DNA of 64,000 nt. Origin: Mustelus asterias. Taxonomy: Eukaryota. The position numbers were made by a program, and so were the translations under genes. Under the pieces are notes generated by a model, which had not been told where the DNA came from, ran no database searches, and saw only the letters and a program-made list of their open reading frames with translations. Location of the stretch: contig NW_027590117.1 in assembly GCF_964213995.1 (NCBI RefSeq), positions 1,922,001-1,986,000 of the forward strand, in the 5' to 3' direction. This document shows, piece after piece, positions 12,721-25,195 of this stretch (position 1 is its first letter; each line of letters starts with the position of its first letter).

Positions 12721-13384
12721 ATAGGCCAGGGAGAGATACTGGGATCTTCCTGTGCTGTGTTTTGGGGGTGGGGCTTGGTTACTCTGATTGAATATCCCTC
12801 ATTGTTTGGTTCTAATTTCAGCCTCTCTCTCTCTTACAGTCAGTCTGGGTGTTCCTGACTAGCAGAATGGCCTGATCTCACCACACACATTGAGACGGAG
12901 GAGTTGCCACCCGAGACGAAGATGATTGAGAACTCCAGCCTTCTTTACACTCGTTTACTGAGGCCCAGCCCTTCATTCATCATTAGTTTCCCCAGGATGT
13001 CAGGTACATTAACATCTTCATCTGCTGTGAACACTGATCTGACAGTGGGAAGGTATTGGAGCATAATGGGGCAGTCAACCATGTCAAAGGTGTGGATAGG
13101 TTGTGAAGGATGAGCAGGGATTGTTCAGCTGGGTAAGACTGCACTTCCGATCTTATCTTTCTGGCCATATGCAGAATATCACCTGCAATGGTTTATCTTC
13201 TCACTTCTATTCTGTTACCACCCAAATCCCCCAAGGATCTTTCCTTGACTCTCTCCTATTTTTCATCTACACCTGACCCCTCAGTGACATTATCTAAAAA
13301 CACAGCTTTCACATGTATGCTGATAACACCCAGCTCTACCTCACCATCACCTCTCACAACCAATCCTCTGTTATTAAATTATGA

Positions 13385-13846
13385 TAAGAAGTTTAACAAC
13401 ACCAGGTTAAAGTCCAACAGGTTTATTTGGTAGCAAAAGCCACACAAGCTTTCGAAGCTCTAAGCCCCTTCTTCAGGTGAGTGGGAATTCTGTTCACAAA
13501 CAGAGCTTATAAAGACACAGACTCAATTTACATGAATAATGGTTGGAATGCGAATACTTACAACTAATCAAGTCTTTAAGAAACAAAACAATCCACTCCC
13601 ATTGTTTTGTTTCTTAAAGACTTGATTAGTTGTAAGTATTCGCATTCCAACCATTATTCATGTAAATTGAGTCTGTGTCTTTATAAGCTCTGTTTGTGAA
13701 CAGAATTCCCACTCACCTGAAGAAGGGGCTTAGAGCTTCGAAAGCTTGTGTGGCTTTTGCTACCAAATAAACCTGTTGGACTTTAACCTGGTGTTGTTAA
13801 ACTTCTTACTGTGTTTACCCCAGCCCAACGCCGGCATCTCCACATC
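13385..13846. mobile_element. PLE fold-back insertion: 208-bp inverted arms, 8-nt loop, 38-nt tail, 12-bp TSD
   Basis: Arms 13385-13592 and 13601-13808 are reverse complements; TSD attaaattatga at 13373-13384 and 13847-13858. Confidence 0.92.
13714..13750 (+). ncRNA. Minimal type I hammerhead ribozyme motif (mirror copy on minus strand at about 13443-13479)
   Basis: CAC-CTGAAGA-A-GGGGC TTAGA GCTTC-GAAA-GCTT-GTG. Confidence 0.65.
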
Positions 13847-14195
13847 ATTAAATTATGAGACACCTTCTCCGACCTCTGCTACTGACTAAGCAGAGAATTC
13901 CCCCAATTAAATATTTGGAAGACCAATAGTCCCACCACAAATTCTGTTCCCAATCACTGACTCCATCTCTCCTACTGGTCAGTGTTCGAGGTTGAAACAA
14001 ACCCTCATAATCTTGGCACCTCATTAGACTCGGAAATGAGATTCTGACCACATATCTGTTCCTTCACCAAGATCACCTCTTACCAGCTGTGTAACGTCAC
14101 ACATTGTTGATAATACCTCAACTCACCCGTACCTGAAACCCTCATCCATGCTTTTGTTACCTCAAGACTTGACAATTCAAACACACGCCTGCCCA

Positions 14196-14384
14196 GCAGA
14201 TTTCCTTCCCTAAAGGACATTAGTAAACCAGATAGGGTTTTATGATGAGCGATAATTAGGTTTTTAATTGCAGATTCATATTGAATTCAAATTTCACCAT
14301 CTGCTGTGTTGGATTTTGAACGCGGGTCCCTAGGGCATTACCCAGAGTCTGTGGATCACTGGCCCATGACACCACTGCCTCCCC
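14196..14384 (-). mobile_element. tRNA-derived SINE family 2, partial
   Basis: gcagatttccttccctaaaggacattagtaaaccagat..accactgcctccc. Confidence 0.7.
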
Positions 14385-14391
14385 TAAACAA

Positions 14392-14474
14392 TGTCAGGAC
14401 TGGAATTTGAATTCATGCCTCGAGAGGAGACTGTGACCTGAACAAAGCACATTAGACGACTCGGCCATCCTGAC
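14392..14474 (-). pseudogene. tRNA-Leu (CAG) pseudogene
   Basis: Reverse complement GTCAGGATGGCCGAGTCGTCTAATGTGCTTTGTTCAGGTCACAGTCTCCTCTCGAGGCATGAATTCAAATTCCAGTCCTGACA, 83 nt, matches tRNA-Leu-CAG with a broken T arm. Confidence 0.85.
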
Positions 14475-15789
14475 ACAGATTATGTATTTCACTCCTCTGC
14501 CATTTCCTTTTATTTCCCAGTCTCAATCTCTCAGCAGCTTATGTTCACTTTAGCCTCTCTCTTTGTTTTTATATATTTATAGAAGCTCTTCCTGTTTCTT
14601 TTTAAATTACTTGTTAATTTACGTTTGTAGTTCATCTTCTCCCACGTTAGTATTTTTTTGGTCATCATTCGTTGGTTTTTGAAACTTCCCCAATGCCCTG
14701 TCCTACCACTAATATATGAAACATCCTATGTTCTTCTTTCAGTTTGATGCAATCTTTAACTTCCTCGGTTAACCATGGTTGATTTATTCCCTTCCAGAAT
14801 CCTTGTTTGTCACTGGTATGTATCTTTGTTGTGAGTCATAAACTATTTTCATAACGTATGTCATTGCTGAGCGATCGTCTTTTCTGCTAAACATCTTTTG
14901 CAGTCCAGTCTAGCCAACTCTGCTCTCATTCTTTTCCAATTACCCTTATTTAAGTTGAGCACAGTTTCCTCTGACTCAAGTTTGCACTCAAAACTGAATG
15001 CTAAATTCCACCATGTTAATGTCACTGTTTCCGAGCGGAGCTTTTACTCTGATTGTTTATGAAAGCTGTATCATTAACATTACAATATCCAAACTGGCCT
15101 GGTTTCTGCTTGGATCCATAAAGTATTCTTCTTGGAAACTGTGTCTAATACACTCTGAATTCTTCCTCATGGCTACCTCTGCCAACTTGTCCGAATCCAC
15201 ATGACGATTAAAGTCAGCCATGATTAATGTACTGCCTTTTTTCATATCCTCATTATCTCCTGATTCATTCCCCGCCCTACAGTATATCTACTGTCAGGGA
15301 GCTGATAGACTACTCCCACCAGTGTCTTCTTCCCCTTGTTATTTTTTCCCTTCACCCATATGGATTCTACATTTTCTGATCCAAGATCATTTCTTGTTGT
15401 TGTCTTTATTCCATCTCATATTAACAAAGCTATTACATTATCCCCTCCCCAGAACTACCACCCAATTCCCTTTGCCCCTTTTAGATTAGTGACTGCCTCA
15501 GCTGCAGTCACTCCCTCCTGTCCCTGACCACTTTGCAAACCTGAAGATTCTATCACTACCTGTCAGGATCCCATCCCCTTGCCGATTTAGTTTAAATCCA
15601 TCTCAACAGCACTTAGCAAAGCTCCCCGTGAGGATGTTGGTGCCATTCCTGTTCAGATGTAATTTATCCAACTTGTACAGGTCCCAGCTCAGCCAGAAAT
15701 GGTCCCAATGCCCCAGGAATCTAAAGCCCTCCCTCCTGTACCATCTCTCCAGCCATGCTGTCATCTGCTGTACCTATACTCATTTAATG

Positions 15790-15906
15790 CATCTCCCCTG
15801 AAGGTGCTGACTCTGTGTGAGTTCAGTTCTACACCCACTGCTTCTTCTTACTCTTCCCCTGAAAGTGATGTCTCTGGGTGCATTCAGTCCTGCACATTCT
15901 GGTTCC
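15790..15906 (+). repeat. Two degenerate units of the ~60-bp minisatellite found at 25196-25660
   Basis: cctgaaggtgctgactctgtgtgagttcagttctacacccactg. Confidence 0.75.
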
Positions 15907-16121
15907 TTTATCTCATATATAGAAAGATGTTCCCTGGTCTTGAGTGTGTTGACTATGAGGAGAGGTTTGACAAATGAGGCTTATTTTCACTGAAAAGACA
16001 GAGGCTGAGGGGAGACCTGATAGAGGTCTACAAAATTGTGAGAGGCATAGACAGGGTGGATAGTCAGAGACTTTCTCCCAGGGTGGAAGTGTCAATTACA
16101 ATGGGCCACATGTTCAAGGTG

Positions 16122-18611
16122 CAAGAAACTGCAAGAAACACAAAGTTGTGATAGTAGGGGATTTTAATTTTCCACATATAGATTGGGACTCGCATACTGT
16201 TAAATGTTTTGACGGGGTAGAGTTTGTAAAATGCGTTCAGGAGAATTTTCTACATCAGTATATAGAGGTGCCAACTAGACAGGCTGCGATATTGGATCTC
16301 CTATTGGGAAATGAGTTAGGGCAGGTGATGGATGTGAGTGTGAGGGAACACTTTGGATCCAGTGATCATAATGCCATTAGTTTCAACCTGATCATGGATA
16401 AGGATAGATCTGGTCCTCGGGTTGAAGTTCTGAACTGGAAAATTTGATGAAATGAGAAGGATCTGGGAAGTGTGGATTGGCACAGGCTGTTCTCTGGTAA
16501 GAATGTAAATGGAAAGTGGGAGGCCTTCAAAGGATACATTTTGAGAGTGCAGAGTTTGTATGTTCCTGTCAGGATTAAAGGCAAAGTAAATAGGAATAAG
16601 GAACCTTGGTTCTTGAGGGAGATTGTAACACTGATTAAGAGGAAGAGAGAGTAGTATGAAATGTACAGGCAGCAAGGAACAGATCAGATGCTTGAGGAGT
16701 ATAAAAAGTGCAAGAAGCTACTTAAGAGGGAAATCAGGAGGGCTAAAAGAAGACATGAGGTTGCTTTGGCAGACAGAGTGAAGGAAAATCCAAAGAGCTT
16801 CTATAGGTATGTTAGGAGCAAAAGGATAGTGAGGGATAAAATTGGTCCTCTTGAAGACCAGAGTGGTAGACTGTGTATGGAACCAAAAGTGATGGGGGAG
16901 ATACTAAATGGTTTTTTTGCATCCGTATTTACTGAGGAAACGGGCATGGAGTCTACGGAAATAGGGCAAACAGGTAGGGAGGTCATGGAATCTTTACAGA
17001 TGACCGGGGAGGAGGTGCTTGCTGTCCTGAGCCAAATCAGAGTGGATAAATCCCTAGGACCTGCCCCAGGGTATTCCCACGGACCTTGAGGGAAGCTAGT
17101 GTTGAACTTGCAGGGGCCCTGGCAGACATATTTAAAATGTCAGTATTCACGGGGGAGGTGCCGGATGATTGGAGGGTGTCTCATGTTGTTCCCTTGTTTA
17201 AAAAAGGTTCCAAAAGAAATCCGGGAAATTATAGGCCAGTAAGTTTGATGTCGGTGGTTGGCAAGTTATTGGAAGGTGTGATGAGGGATAGGATCTACAA
17301 ATATTTGGATAGACAGGGACTTATTAGGGAGAGTCAACATGGCTTTGTGCGTGGTAAGTCATGTTTGACCAATCTATTAGAGTTTTTCGAGGAGGTTACC
17401 AGGAAAGTGGATGAAGGGAAGTCGGTGGATGTTGTCGACCTGGATTTCAGCAAGGCCTTTGACAAGGTCCCTCATGGGAGGTTAGTTAGGAAGGTTCAGT
17501 TGCTAGGTATACATGGGGAGGTAGTAAATTGGATTAGACACTGGCTCAATGGAAGAAGCCAGAGAGTGGTTGTGGAGGATTGCTTCTCCGAGTGGAGGCC
17601 TGTGACTAGTGGTGTGCCGCAGGGATCGGTGTTGGGTCCATTGTTGTTTGTCATCTATATCAATGATCTGGATGATAATGTGGTAAATTGGATCAGCAAG
17701 TTTGCTGATGATACAAAGATTGGAGGTGTAGTGGACAGTGAGGAAGGTTTTCAAAGCTTGCAGAGGGATTTGGACCAACTAGAAAAATGGGCTGAGAAAT
17801 GGCAAATGGAATTTAACGCAGACAAGTGTGAGATATTGCACATTGGAAGGACAAACCAAAGTAGAATGGACAGGGTAAATGGTAGGACTCTGAAGAGTGC
17901 AGTTGAACAGAGGGATCTGGGAATACAGGTACAGAATTCCCTAAAAGTGACGTCACAGGTGGATAGGGTCGTAAAGAGTGCCTTTGGTACATTGGCCTTT
18001 ATAAATCGGAGTATCGAGTATAAAAGTATAATGATAAGCTTATATAAGGCATTGGTGAGGCCGAATTTGGAGAATTGTGTACAGTTTTGGTCACCTAGTT
18101 CCAGGAAGGATGTAAATAAGGTTGAAAGAGTGCAGAGAAGGTTCACAAGGATGTTGCCGGGACTTGAGAAGCTGAGTTACAGAGAGAGATTGAATAGGTT
18201 GGGACTTTATTCCCTGGAGCGTAGAAGATTGAGGGGAAATTTGATAGAGGTGTATAAGATTTTGATGGGTATAGATAGAGTGAATGCAAGCAGGCTTTTT
18301 CCGCTGAGGCTAGGGGAGAAAAAAACCAGAGGGCATGGGTTAAGGGTGAAAGGAGAAAAGTTTAAAGGGAATATTAGGGGGGGGCTTCTTCACGCAGAGA
18401 GTGGTGGGAGTGTGGAATGAGCTGCCGGATAAAGTGGTAAATGCGGGGTCACTTTTAACATTTAAGAAAAACTTGGACGGGTTCATGGATGAGAGGGGTG
18501 TGGAGGGATATGGTCCAAGTGCAGGTCAGTGGGACTAGGCAAAAAATGGTTCGGCACAGACAAGAAGGGCCAGAAGGCCTGTTTCTGAGCTGTAATTTTC
18601 TATGGTTCTAT
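16122..18611 (+). mobile_element. CR1 LINE ORF2 (endonuclease C-terminus plus RT), 5'-truncated with frameshifts, nested in an older CR1 3' end (15915-16121 / 18612-18765)
   Basis: GDFNFPHIDW, SSDHN, PGNYRPVSL, QHGF, LDFSKAFDKV, GVPQGSVLGP, KFADDTK; ttctatggttctatg tail; host CR1 resumes at ggtgagagggg. Confidence 0.95.
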
Positions 18612-18765
18612 GGTGAGAGGGGAAAAATCTAAGGGAGATGTTCGGGGGAGGTTTTTCACGCAGAGAGTGGTGGGTGCCTGGAACAGGCTGCCACAGGAGG
18701 TGGTGGAAGCAGGCACATTGGCAACATGTAAAAGACACCTGGATGGATACATGAATAGGGAGGCA

Positions 18766-19520
18766 ACAATAATCTCTCCCTCAATGTCAACAAAACAAAG
18801 GAGGTCGTCATCGACTTAAGGAAGTGTAAAGGAGAACATGCCCCAGTCTACATCAATGGGGACCAAGTAGGTAGGGTCGAGAGCTTCAAGTTTTTAGGTG
18901 TCCAGATCACCAACAACCTGTCCTTGTCCCCCCATGTCAACACTATAGTTAAGAAAGCCCACCAACGCCTCTACTTTTTCAGAACACTAAGGAAATTTGG
19001 CATGTCAGCTACGACTCTCACCAGCTTTTACAGATGCACCATAGAAAGTATTCTTTCTGGCTGTATCACAGCTTGGTATGGCTCCTGCTCTGCCCAAGAC
19101 CGCAAGGAACTACAAAAGGTCATGAATGTAGCTCAATCCATCACGCAAATCAGCCTCCCATCCATTGAGTCTGTCTACACTTCCCACTACCTTGGCAAAG
19201 CAGTCATTATAATTAAGGACCTCACACACCCTGGACATTCTCTCTTCCACCTTCTTCTTTCGGGAAAAAGATACAAAAGTCTGTGGTCGCATACTAACTG
19301 ACTCAAGAACAGCTTCTTCCCTGTTGCTGTCAGACTTTTGAATTGCCTTACCTTACATTAAGTTGATCTTTCTCTACACCCTAGCTATGACTGTAACAGT
19401 ACATTCTGCACTCTCTCGTTTCCGTCTCTCTGAGCGGTATGTTTTGTCTGTATAGCGCACAAGAAACAATACTTTTCACGGTATGTTAATAAATGTGACA
19501 ATAATAAATCAAATCAAATC
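18766..19520 (+). mobile_element. Rex1/Babar-clade LINE 3' fragment
   Basis: NNLSLNVNKTKEVVID, VKKAHQRLYFFRTLRKFGMS..FYRCTIESILSGCITAWYG; aataaatcaaatcaaatc tail. 3'UTR pieces recur at ~25040-25153, 41570-41715, 42020-42160(-) and 60738-60855. Confidence 0.85.
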
Positions 19521-19654
19521 ATATCAAAGGAATAGAGAGATACGGACCGAGTCATGGCAGGAGGTTTTTTTTTAAGGGCATCATGTTCGGCACAGGCTTG
19601 GAGGGCCGAAGGGCCTGTTCTTGTGCTGCACTTTTCTTTGTTTTCTTTAAACAG

Positions 19655-20425
19655 CGAATAGAAGCAAGAGGAGGCCATTCGGCCCATTGAGCCTGCTCTA
19701 CCATTCATTATGATCATCGCTGATCAAATTCTCTTTCCTGATCCCACCTTCCACCCATATCCCTTGATCACTTTCGCCCCAAGAGCTACATTTAATTCCT
19801 TCTTGACATCACACATTTTGGCCTCAGCTATTTTCTGCATGAGTGATTTCCACAGATTCACCACTCTCTGGTGGAGAAATTTCTCCTCACCTCAGTCCTA
19901 AAGGTTTACCCCTTATCCTTACACGAAGGACATCGGTAACATTCTTCCTGAATCTACCCTTTCTAATCCTGTTAGAATTTTATAAGTTCCTATGAGACCC
20001 CTGTCAATCTTCTCAACACAGTAAGAAGTTTAACAACACCAGGTTGAAGTCCTGTTGGACTTTAACCTGGTGTTGTTAAACTTCTTACTGTGTTTACCCC
20101 AGTCCAACGCCGGCATCTCCACATCAATCTTCTCAACTCCAGTGAACATAATCCGAACTGACTTCATTTTCCCTCATACGACACACTGGCCATCCCAGGA
20201 ATCAGCCTGTGAACTTTTGCTGCACTCCCCCTGGAGCAAGTACATCCTTCCTCAGATAAGGACACCAAAACTGCACACAATACTCCAGGTGTGGCCTCAT
20301 TGTTGTCCTATACAATTGCAGTAAAACATCCCTATTCCTATACACAAATCCTCTTGCTCTCAAGGCCAACATACCATTTGCTGTCTTGTTGTCTGCTGTA
20401 CCTATGCGCTTACTTTCAGAGACTG
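19655..20425 (-). mobile_element. CR1 3' fragment
   Basis: MRPHLEYCVQFWCPYLRKDVLA on the minus strand. Confidence 0.85.
20018..20125. mobile_element. Mini PLE fold-back (hairpin plus tail) with 12-14 bp TSD
   Basis: TSD (tc)aatcttctcaac at ~20004-20017 and ~20124-20137; same tail as 13809-13846. Confidence 0.85.
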
Positions 20426-20490
20426 AACAAAGAACAGTACAGTGCAGCACAGGAAGTGCCCACCAAGTCTGTGCCGATGCAGATGCCTCT

Positions 20491-20725
20491 TGTGATGACT
20501 TCAATTGGGCCATTGAGGTTGGCCTATAGGAGCATGAACTTCCTGATTCAGGATCCAATTGATGGGCCAATCAGGGAGTCTTTGCCTTGTACTTAACCGA
20601 GAGTGTCAGTTCCTCTGACACCCCCGGAGGGACACTGCCAACTGTTAGCACTCGGTGTACTGCTGTTAGAGCTGTAAGAAAAGGGGTTTTGGTGAAGGGA
20701 CTTCTGCCTCCGCAGACCTATTACA
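20491..20725 (+). mobile_element. Solo LTR (TG...CA); partial duplicate at ~23311-23500
   Basis: Starts tgtgatg, ends ttaca; CCAAT inside, AATAAA retained in the duplicate; flanks cctct/cttct (5-bp TSD with one mismatch). Confidence 0.6.
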
Positions 20726-20769
20726 CTTCTATTATCTAATATTTTCTTGCCTTGACGTGGTCCAAATCC

Positions 20770-22045
20770 ATGGAACAGTACAGCACAGTACAGGCCCTTC
20801 AGCCCTTGATGTTGTGCCGAGCTTTGTCTGAAACCGAGATCAAGCAATCCCACTCCCGATCATCCTGGTGTGCTCCATGTGCCTATCCAATAACCGCTTG
20901 AAAGTTCCTAAAGTGTCCGACTCCACTATCACAGCAGGCAGTCCATTCCAGACCCCAACCACTCTCTGAGTAAAGAACCTACCTCGGACATCCCTCCTAT
21001 ATCTCCCACCATGAACCTTATAGTTATGCCCCCTAGTAACAGCTACATTCACCCGAGGAAATAGTCTCTGAACGTCCACTCTATCTATCCCCATCATCAT
21101 CTTACAAACCTGTATTAAGTCGCCTCTCATCCTCCTTCGCTCCAAAGAGAAAAGCCCTCGCTCCGTCAACCTTTCCTCATAAGACCTACCCTCCAAACCA
21201 GGCAGCATCCCGGTAAATCTCCTCTGCACTCTCTCCAATGCTTCCACATCCTTCTTATAGTGAGGTGACCAGAACTGCACACAATATTGCAAATATGGTC
21301 TCACCAAGGTCCTCTACAGTTGCAGCATAACCCAACGGCTCTTAAACTCAAACCCCCTGTTAATAAACACGAACACACTATAGGCCTTCTTCATGGCTCT
21401 ATCCACTTGAGTGGCAACCTTTAGAGATCTGTGGATATGAAACCCAAGATCTCTCTGTTCCTCCACATTCCTCAGAACCCTGCCGTTGACCCTGTAATCC
21501 GCATTCTAATTTGTTCTACCAAAATGAATCACCTTGCACTTATCAGTGTTCAACTCCATCTGCCATTTTTCAGCCCAGCTCTGCATCCTATCAATGTCTC
21601 TGCAGCCTACAACAGCCCTCCACCTCATCCACTACTCCACCAATCTTGGTGTCATCAGCAAATTTACTGACCCACCCTTCAGTCCCCTCCTCTAAGTCAT
21701 TGATAAAAGTCACAAAAAGCAGAGGACCCAGCACTGATGCCTGTGGTACACCGCTGGTAGGTCTCCAGTCTGAAAATTTTCCATCCACCACCACCCTCTG
21801 TCTTCTATGAGATAGCCAGTTACTTATCCAATCGGCCAAATTTCCCTCGATCCCACACCTCCTCACTTTCTTCATGAGCCTACCATGGGGAACCTTATCA
21901 AACGCCTGACTAAAATCCATGTATATGACATCAACTGCTCTACCTTCATCTGCACACTTACTTCCCTCCTCAAAGAATTCAATCAAATTTGTGAGGCAAG
22001 ACTTACCCTTCACGAATCCGTGCTGACTGTCACGGATTAAGCTGC
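20770..22045 (-). mobile_element. Relatively young CR1 LINE fragment inserted into duplication unit A
   Basis: ORFs 20840-21307 and 21591-22151 carry [13 protein letters not shown] and KFADDTK; absent from paralogous unit B at 23538-23545. Confidence 0.9.
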
Positions 22046-22759
22046 ATCCCTCTGTTCCCTGCCTATTCATGTACCTATCCAGATGCCTCTTGAACGTTGT
22101 TACAGAATCTGCTTCCACCACCTCTTCCGGCAGCTCGTTCCAGGCATTCACTACCCTCTATCTGAAAAACTTGACCCTTACATCTCTTTTAAACTTTCCC
22201 TCTCTCACTCTCACCTTTGTCCCGAGTAATTGACCCTTTGACCCTGGGGAAAAGACTCTGACAATCCACTCTATCCAAGCCTGTCATAATCTTGTAAACC
22301 TCTCTCGGGTCCCCCCTCATCCTCCGATGCTCCAAAGAAAAACAATCCAAGTTTGTTCAACCTTTCTTCAGAGCTGTTTTCTCCAAACTAGGCAACATCC
22401 TGGAAAATCTCTTCTGCACCCTTTCCAACGCATCAACATCCTTGCGGAAGTGTGGCGACCAGAATGGTACACAATACTCCAAATGTGGCCTAACCAAAGT
22501 CTTATACAGCTTCAACATGATTTTACTGACTGATGCACAAGGACACCGAGGTCTCGCTGAGTATCCACCTCTCTCAATTTACACCCCTTCAAATAATAAT
22601 CTGCCGTCCTATTTTTGCTACTGTAGTGGATAATGAAGTGGTCACCGCATATATTATCCACATTATACTACATCTGCCGTGCAGATGCCCACACACTCAG
22701 CCTGTCCAAATCACGCTGGAGGATCTCTGCATCCTCCTCACAGCTCACCCTCCCACCCT

Positions 22760-23311
22760 TACGGTTCACAGGCTCCCAAGCGTGCCTTTTTGCAATCCTG
22801 TGGAGTCCGTGGACCATGTCTATGTTTCATGTTCTAGGCTGCACAGACTTTTCAGTTCCCTCAAAAATCTTTTATTGAAGTTTTGTTTACACTTCAGTCC
22901 CACACTCCTGATCTACGGGCACCTGGTGCGGAGGGGAAGGAGGAGCACCTCCTCGCGAACCTGCTCCTGGGCTTGGCAAAGCGTGCCATCTACAGATCTA
23001 TCCAGCGAGCGATCAACAGGGTCGCCCAACCTGACTGTCTGCCTCTCCACTGCGGCTACATTTGCGGCTGGGTGTCCCTGGAAAGGGAGTGTGCGGTGTC
23101 CGAGGGCAGTGTTGATGCCTTCCATGCCTGCTGGGCACCGCAGGGATGGGGGTGTATTATTGACCCTTTTGATCACATTTTAATTTGATGTTTTAAGTTT
23201 CCTTTCCGCTTTGTTTCTTGGTTCGGGTGGTTCCCCTCCTTTTAGGGAGCTGCCCCTTTTGGGTTGCCCCTAAGTTAATCTGATTTTGTTTATTTGGTTG
23301 GGGAAAAAAAG
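22760..23311 (+). mobile_element. Tx1/L1-clade LINE ORF2 3' fragment
   Basis: PFC..ESVDHVYVSC zinc-knuckle-like motif and LLANLLLGLAKRAIYRS; T-rich 3'UTR ending in an A-run. Confidence 0.75.
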
Positions 23312-23931
23312 AGTTCCCTGATTAAGGATCCAATTGATGGGCCAATCAGGGAAACTTTGCCTTGTACTTAACCGGGAGTGTCAGTTCCTCTGACACCCCC
23401 GGAGGTAGACTGCTAACTGTTAGCACTCGGTGTACTGCTGTTACAGTTGTAAATAAAGGGATTTTGGTGAAGGAACTTCTGCCTCCACAGACTTATTACA
23501 CTTCTCTAATCTAATATTTCCTTGCCTTGACGTGGTCCATATCCCTCTGTTCCCGGCTGATTCATGTATCTATCCAGATGCCCTTTGAATGTTGTTACAG
23601 AATCTGTTTCTACTACTTCCTCTGGCAGCACGTTCCAGGCATTCACCACTCTCTGTCTGAAAACCGTGCCCCTTACATCTCTTAAACTTTCCCTCTCTCA
23701 CTCTCACCTTTGTCCTGAGTAACCTGGGAAAAAGACTCTGACAATCCACTCTATCCAAGCCTGTTATAATCTTGTAAACCTCTCTCAGGTCCCCCCTCAT
23801 CCTCAGATGCTCCAAAGAAAACAATCCAAGTTTGTTCAACCTTTCTTCAAAAAGGTTCCTCCAAACCAGGCAACATCCTGGAAAATCTCTTCTGCGCCCT
23901 TTCTAATGCATCAACATCCTTCCGGAAGTGT

Positions 23932-23963
<32 letters not shown>

Positions 23964-24235
23964 TGGCCGAACCAAAGTCCTGTACAGCTTCAACATGATT
24001 TTACTGACTGATGCACAAGGACACCGAGGTCTCACTGAGTATCCACCTCTCTTAATTTACACCCCTTCAAATAATAATCTGCCTTCCTATTTTTGCTACT
24101 GAAGTGGATAATGAAGTGGTCACTGCATATTTATCCACATTATACTACATCTGCCATGCAGATGCCCACACACTCAGCCTGTCCAAATCACACTGGAAGA
24201 TCTCTGCATGCTGCTCACAGCTCTCCCTCCCACCC
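23311..24235 (+). repeat. Duplication unit B (LTR part plus CR1 pieces); unit A is ~20545-22758 minus the later CR1 insert
   Basis: Shared LTR-end junction ttacacttct, shared chimeric junction ttcaacatgattttactgactgatgcacaaggacaccgagg. Confidence 0.88.
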
Positions 24236-24476
24236 AATATTGTATCATCTACATATTTGGAGATAATACATTTAGTTCCTGTGTCCAAATCATTAATATA
24301 TAATATGAACAGTTTGGGTCCCAGCACAGATCCCTGCGGTACCCCACTAATCACTGCCTTCCAATTGGAAAAAGACCCATTTATGCCATCTCTTTGCTTC
24401 CTGTCTGTGAACCAGCTTTCTATCCATCTCAAGACGCAACCCACAATCCAATATACTTTAACTTTACATAGTAGCA

Positions 24477-24785
24477 GGGCGGCACAGTGGTTGGCACTGC
24501 TGTCTCACAGCACCAGGGAGCCGGGTTCGATTCCTGGCTTGGGTCACTGTCTGTGTGGAGTTTGCATGTTCCCTCCATGTCTGCGTGGGTTTCCTCTGGG
24601 TGCTCTGGTTTCCTCCCACAGTCTGAAAGACATGCTGGTTAGTTGCATTGGCCATGCTAAATTCTCTCTCGGTCTACCCGAACAGGTGGCAGAGTATGGC
24701 GACTAGGGGATTTTCACAACTTAATTGCAGTGTTAATGTAAACCGACTTGTGACACTAATAAACAAACTTTAAACTTTATAACTT
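24477..24785 (+). mobile_element. SINE with HE1-like head/core and a different 3' tail
   Basis: ggcggcacagtggttggcactgctg head; tail gactaggggattttcac..gcagtgttaatgtaa..cttgtgacactaataaac(ctttaaa)n; the tail also occurs at 9304-9440(-). Confidence 0.75.
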
Positions 24786-25195
24786 AAAAATGTTATGTAA
24801 GACCTTGTCCAAAGCCTTCTGAAAGTCTAAATAAATCACATCCACTGGTTCTCCCTGGTCAACTCTACTAGTTACATCCTCAACGAATTCCAGTAGTTTT
24901 GTCAAGCATGATTTCCCTTTTGTAAATCCATGCTGACTTTATCTGATTAGAACACTGCTTTTCAAACGCTTGATAATGGACTCCAGCAACTGCCCTACGA
25001 CCGACGTTCGGCTCACTGGTCATTGGTTCCCTCTTTCCTGTAACACTACATTCTACACTCTCTCATTTCCTTCTCTATGAACGGTATGTTTTGTCTGGAT
25101 AGGGGGCAGAAACAATATGTTCATACATGTGACAATAATAAATCAAATCAAATCCTCTCTACCTCTGATTTTGAATACAGGGCTTAAATTAATTA

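Larger units (their letters stand above)
13190..14190 (+). mobile_element. Old L2-clade LINE RT fragment interrupted by a PLE fold-back
   Basis: cacatgtatgctgataacacccagctctacctc = HMYADNTQLYL (YADDTQLY-like); ctcatccatgcttttgttacctcaagacttgac = LIHAFVTSRLD. Confidence 0.75.

Noticed and set aside
17086-18420. 444-aa RT ORF as a domesticated gene or active element
   Set aside because: Part of a 5'-truncated CR1 with upstream stops and frameshifts, and a C-terminal frameshift
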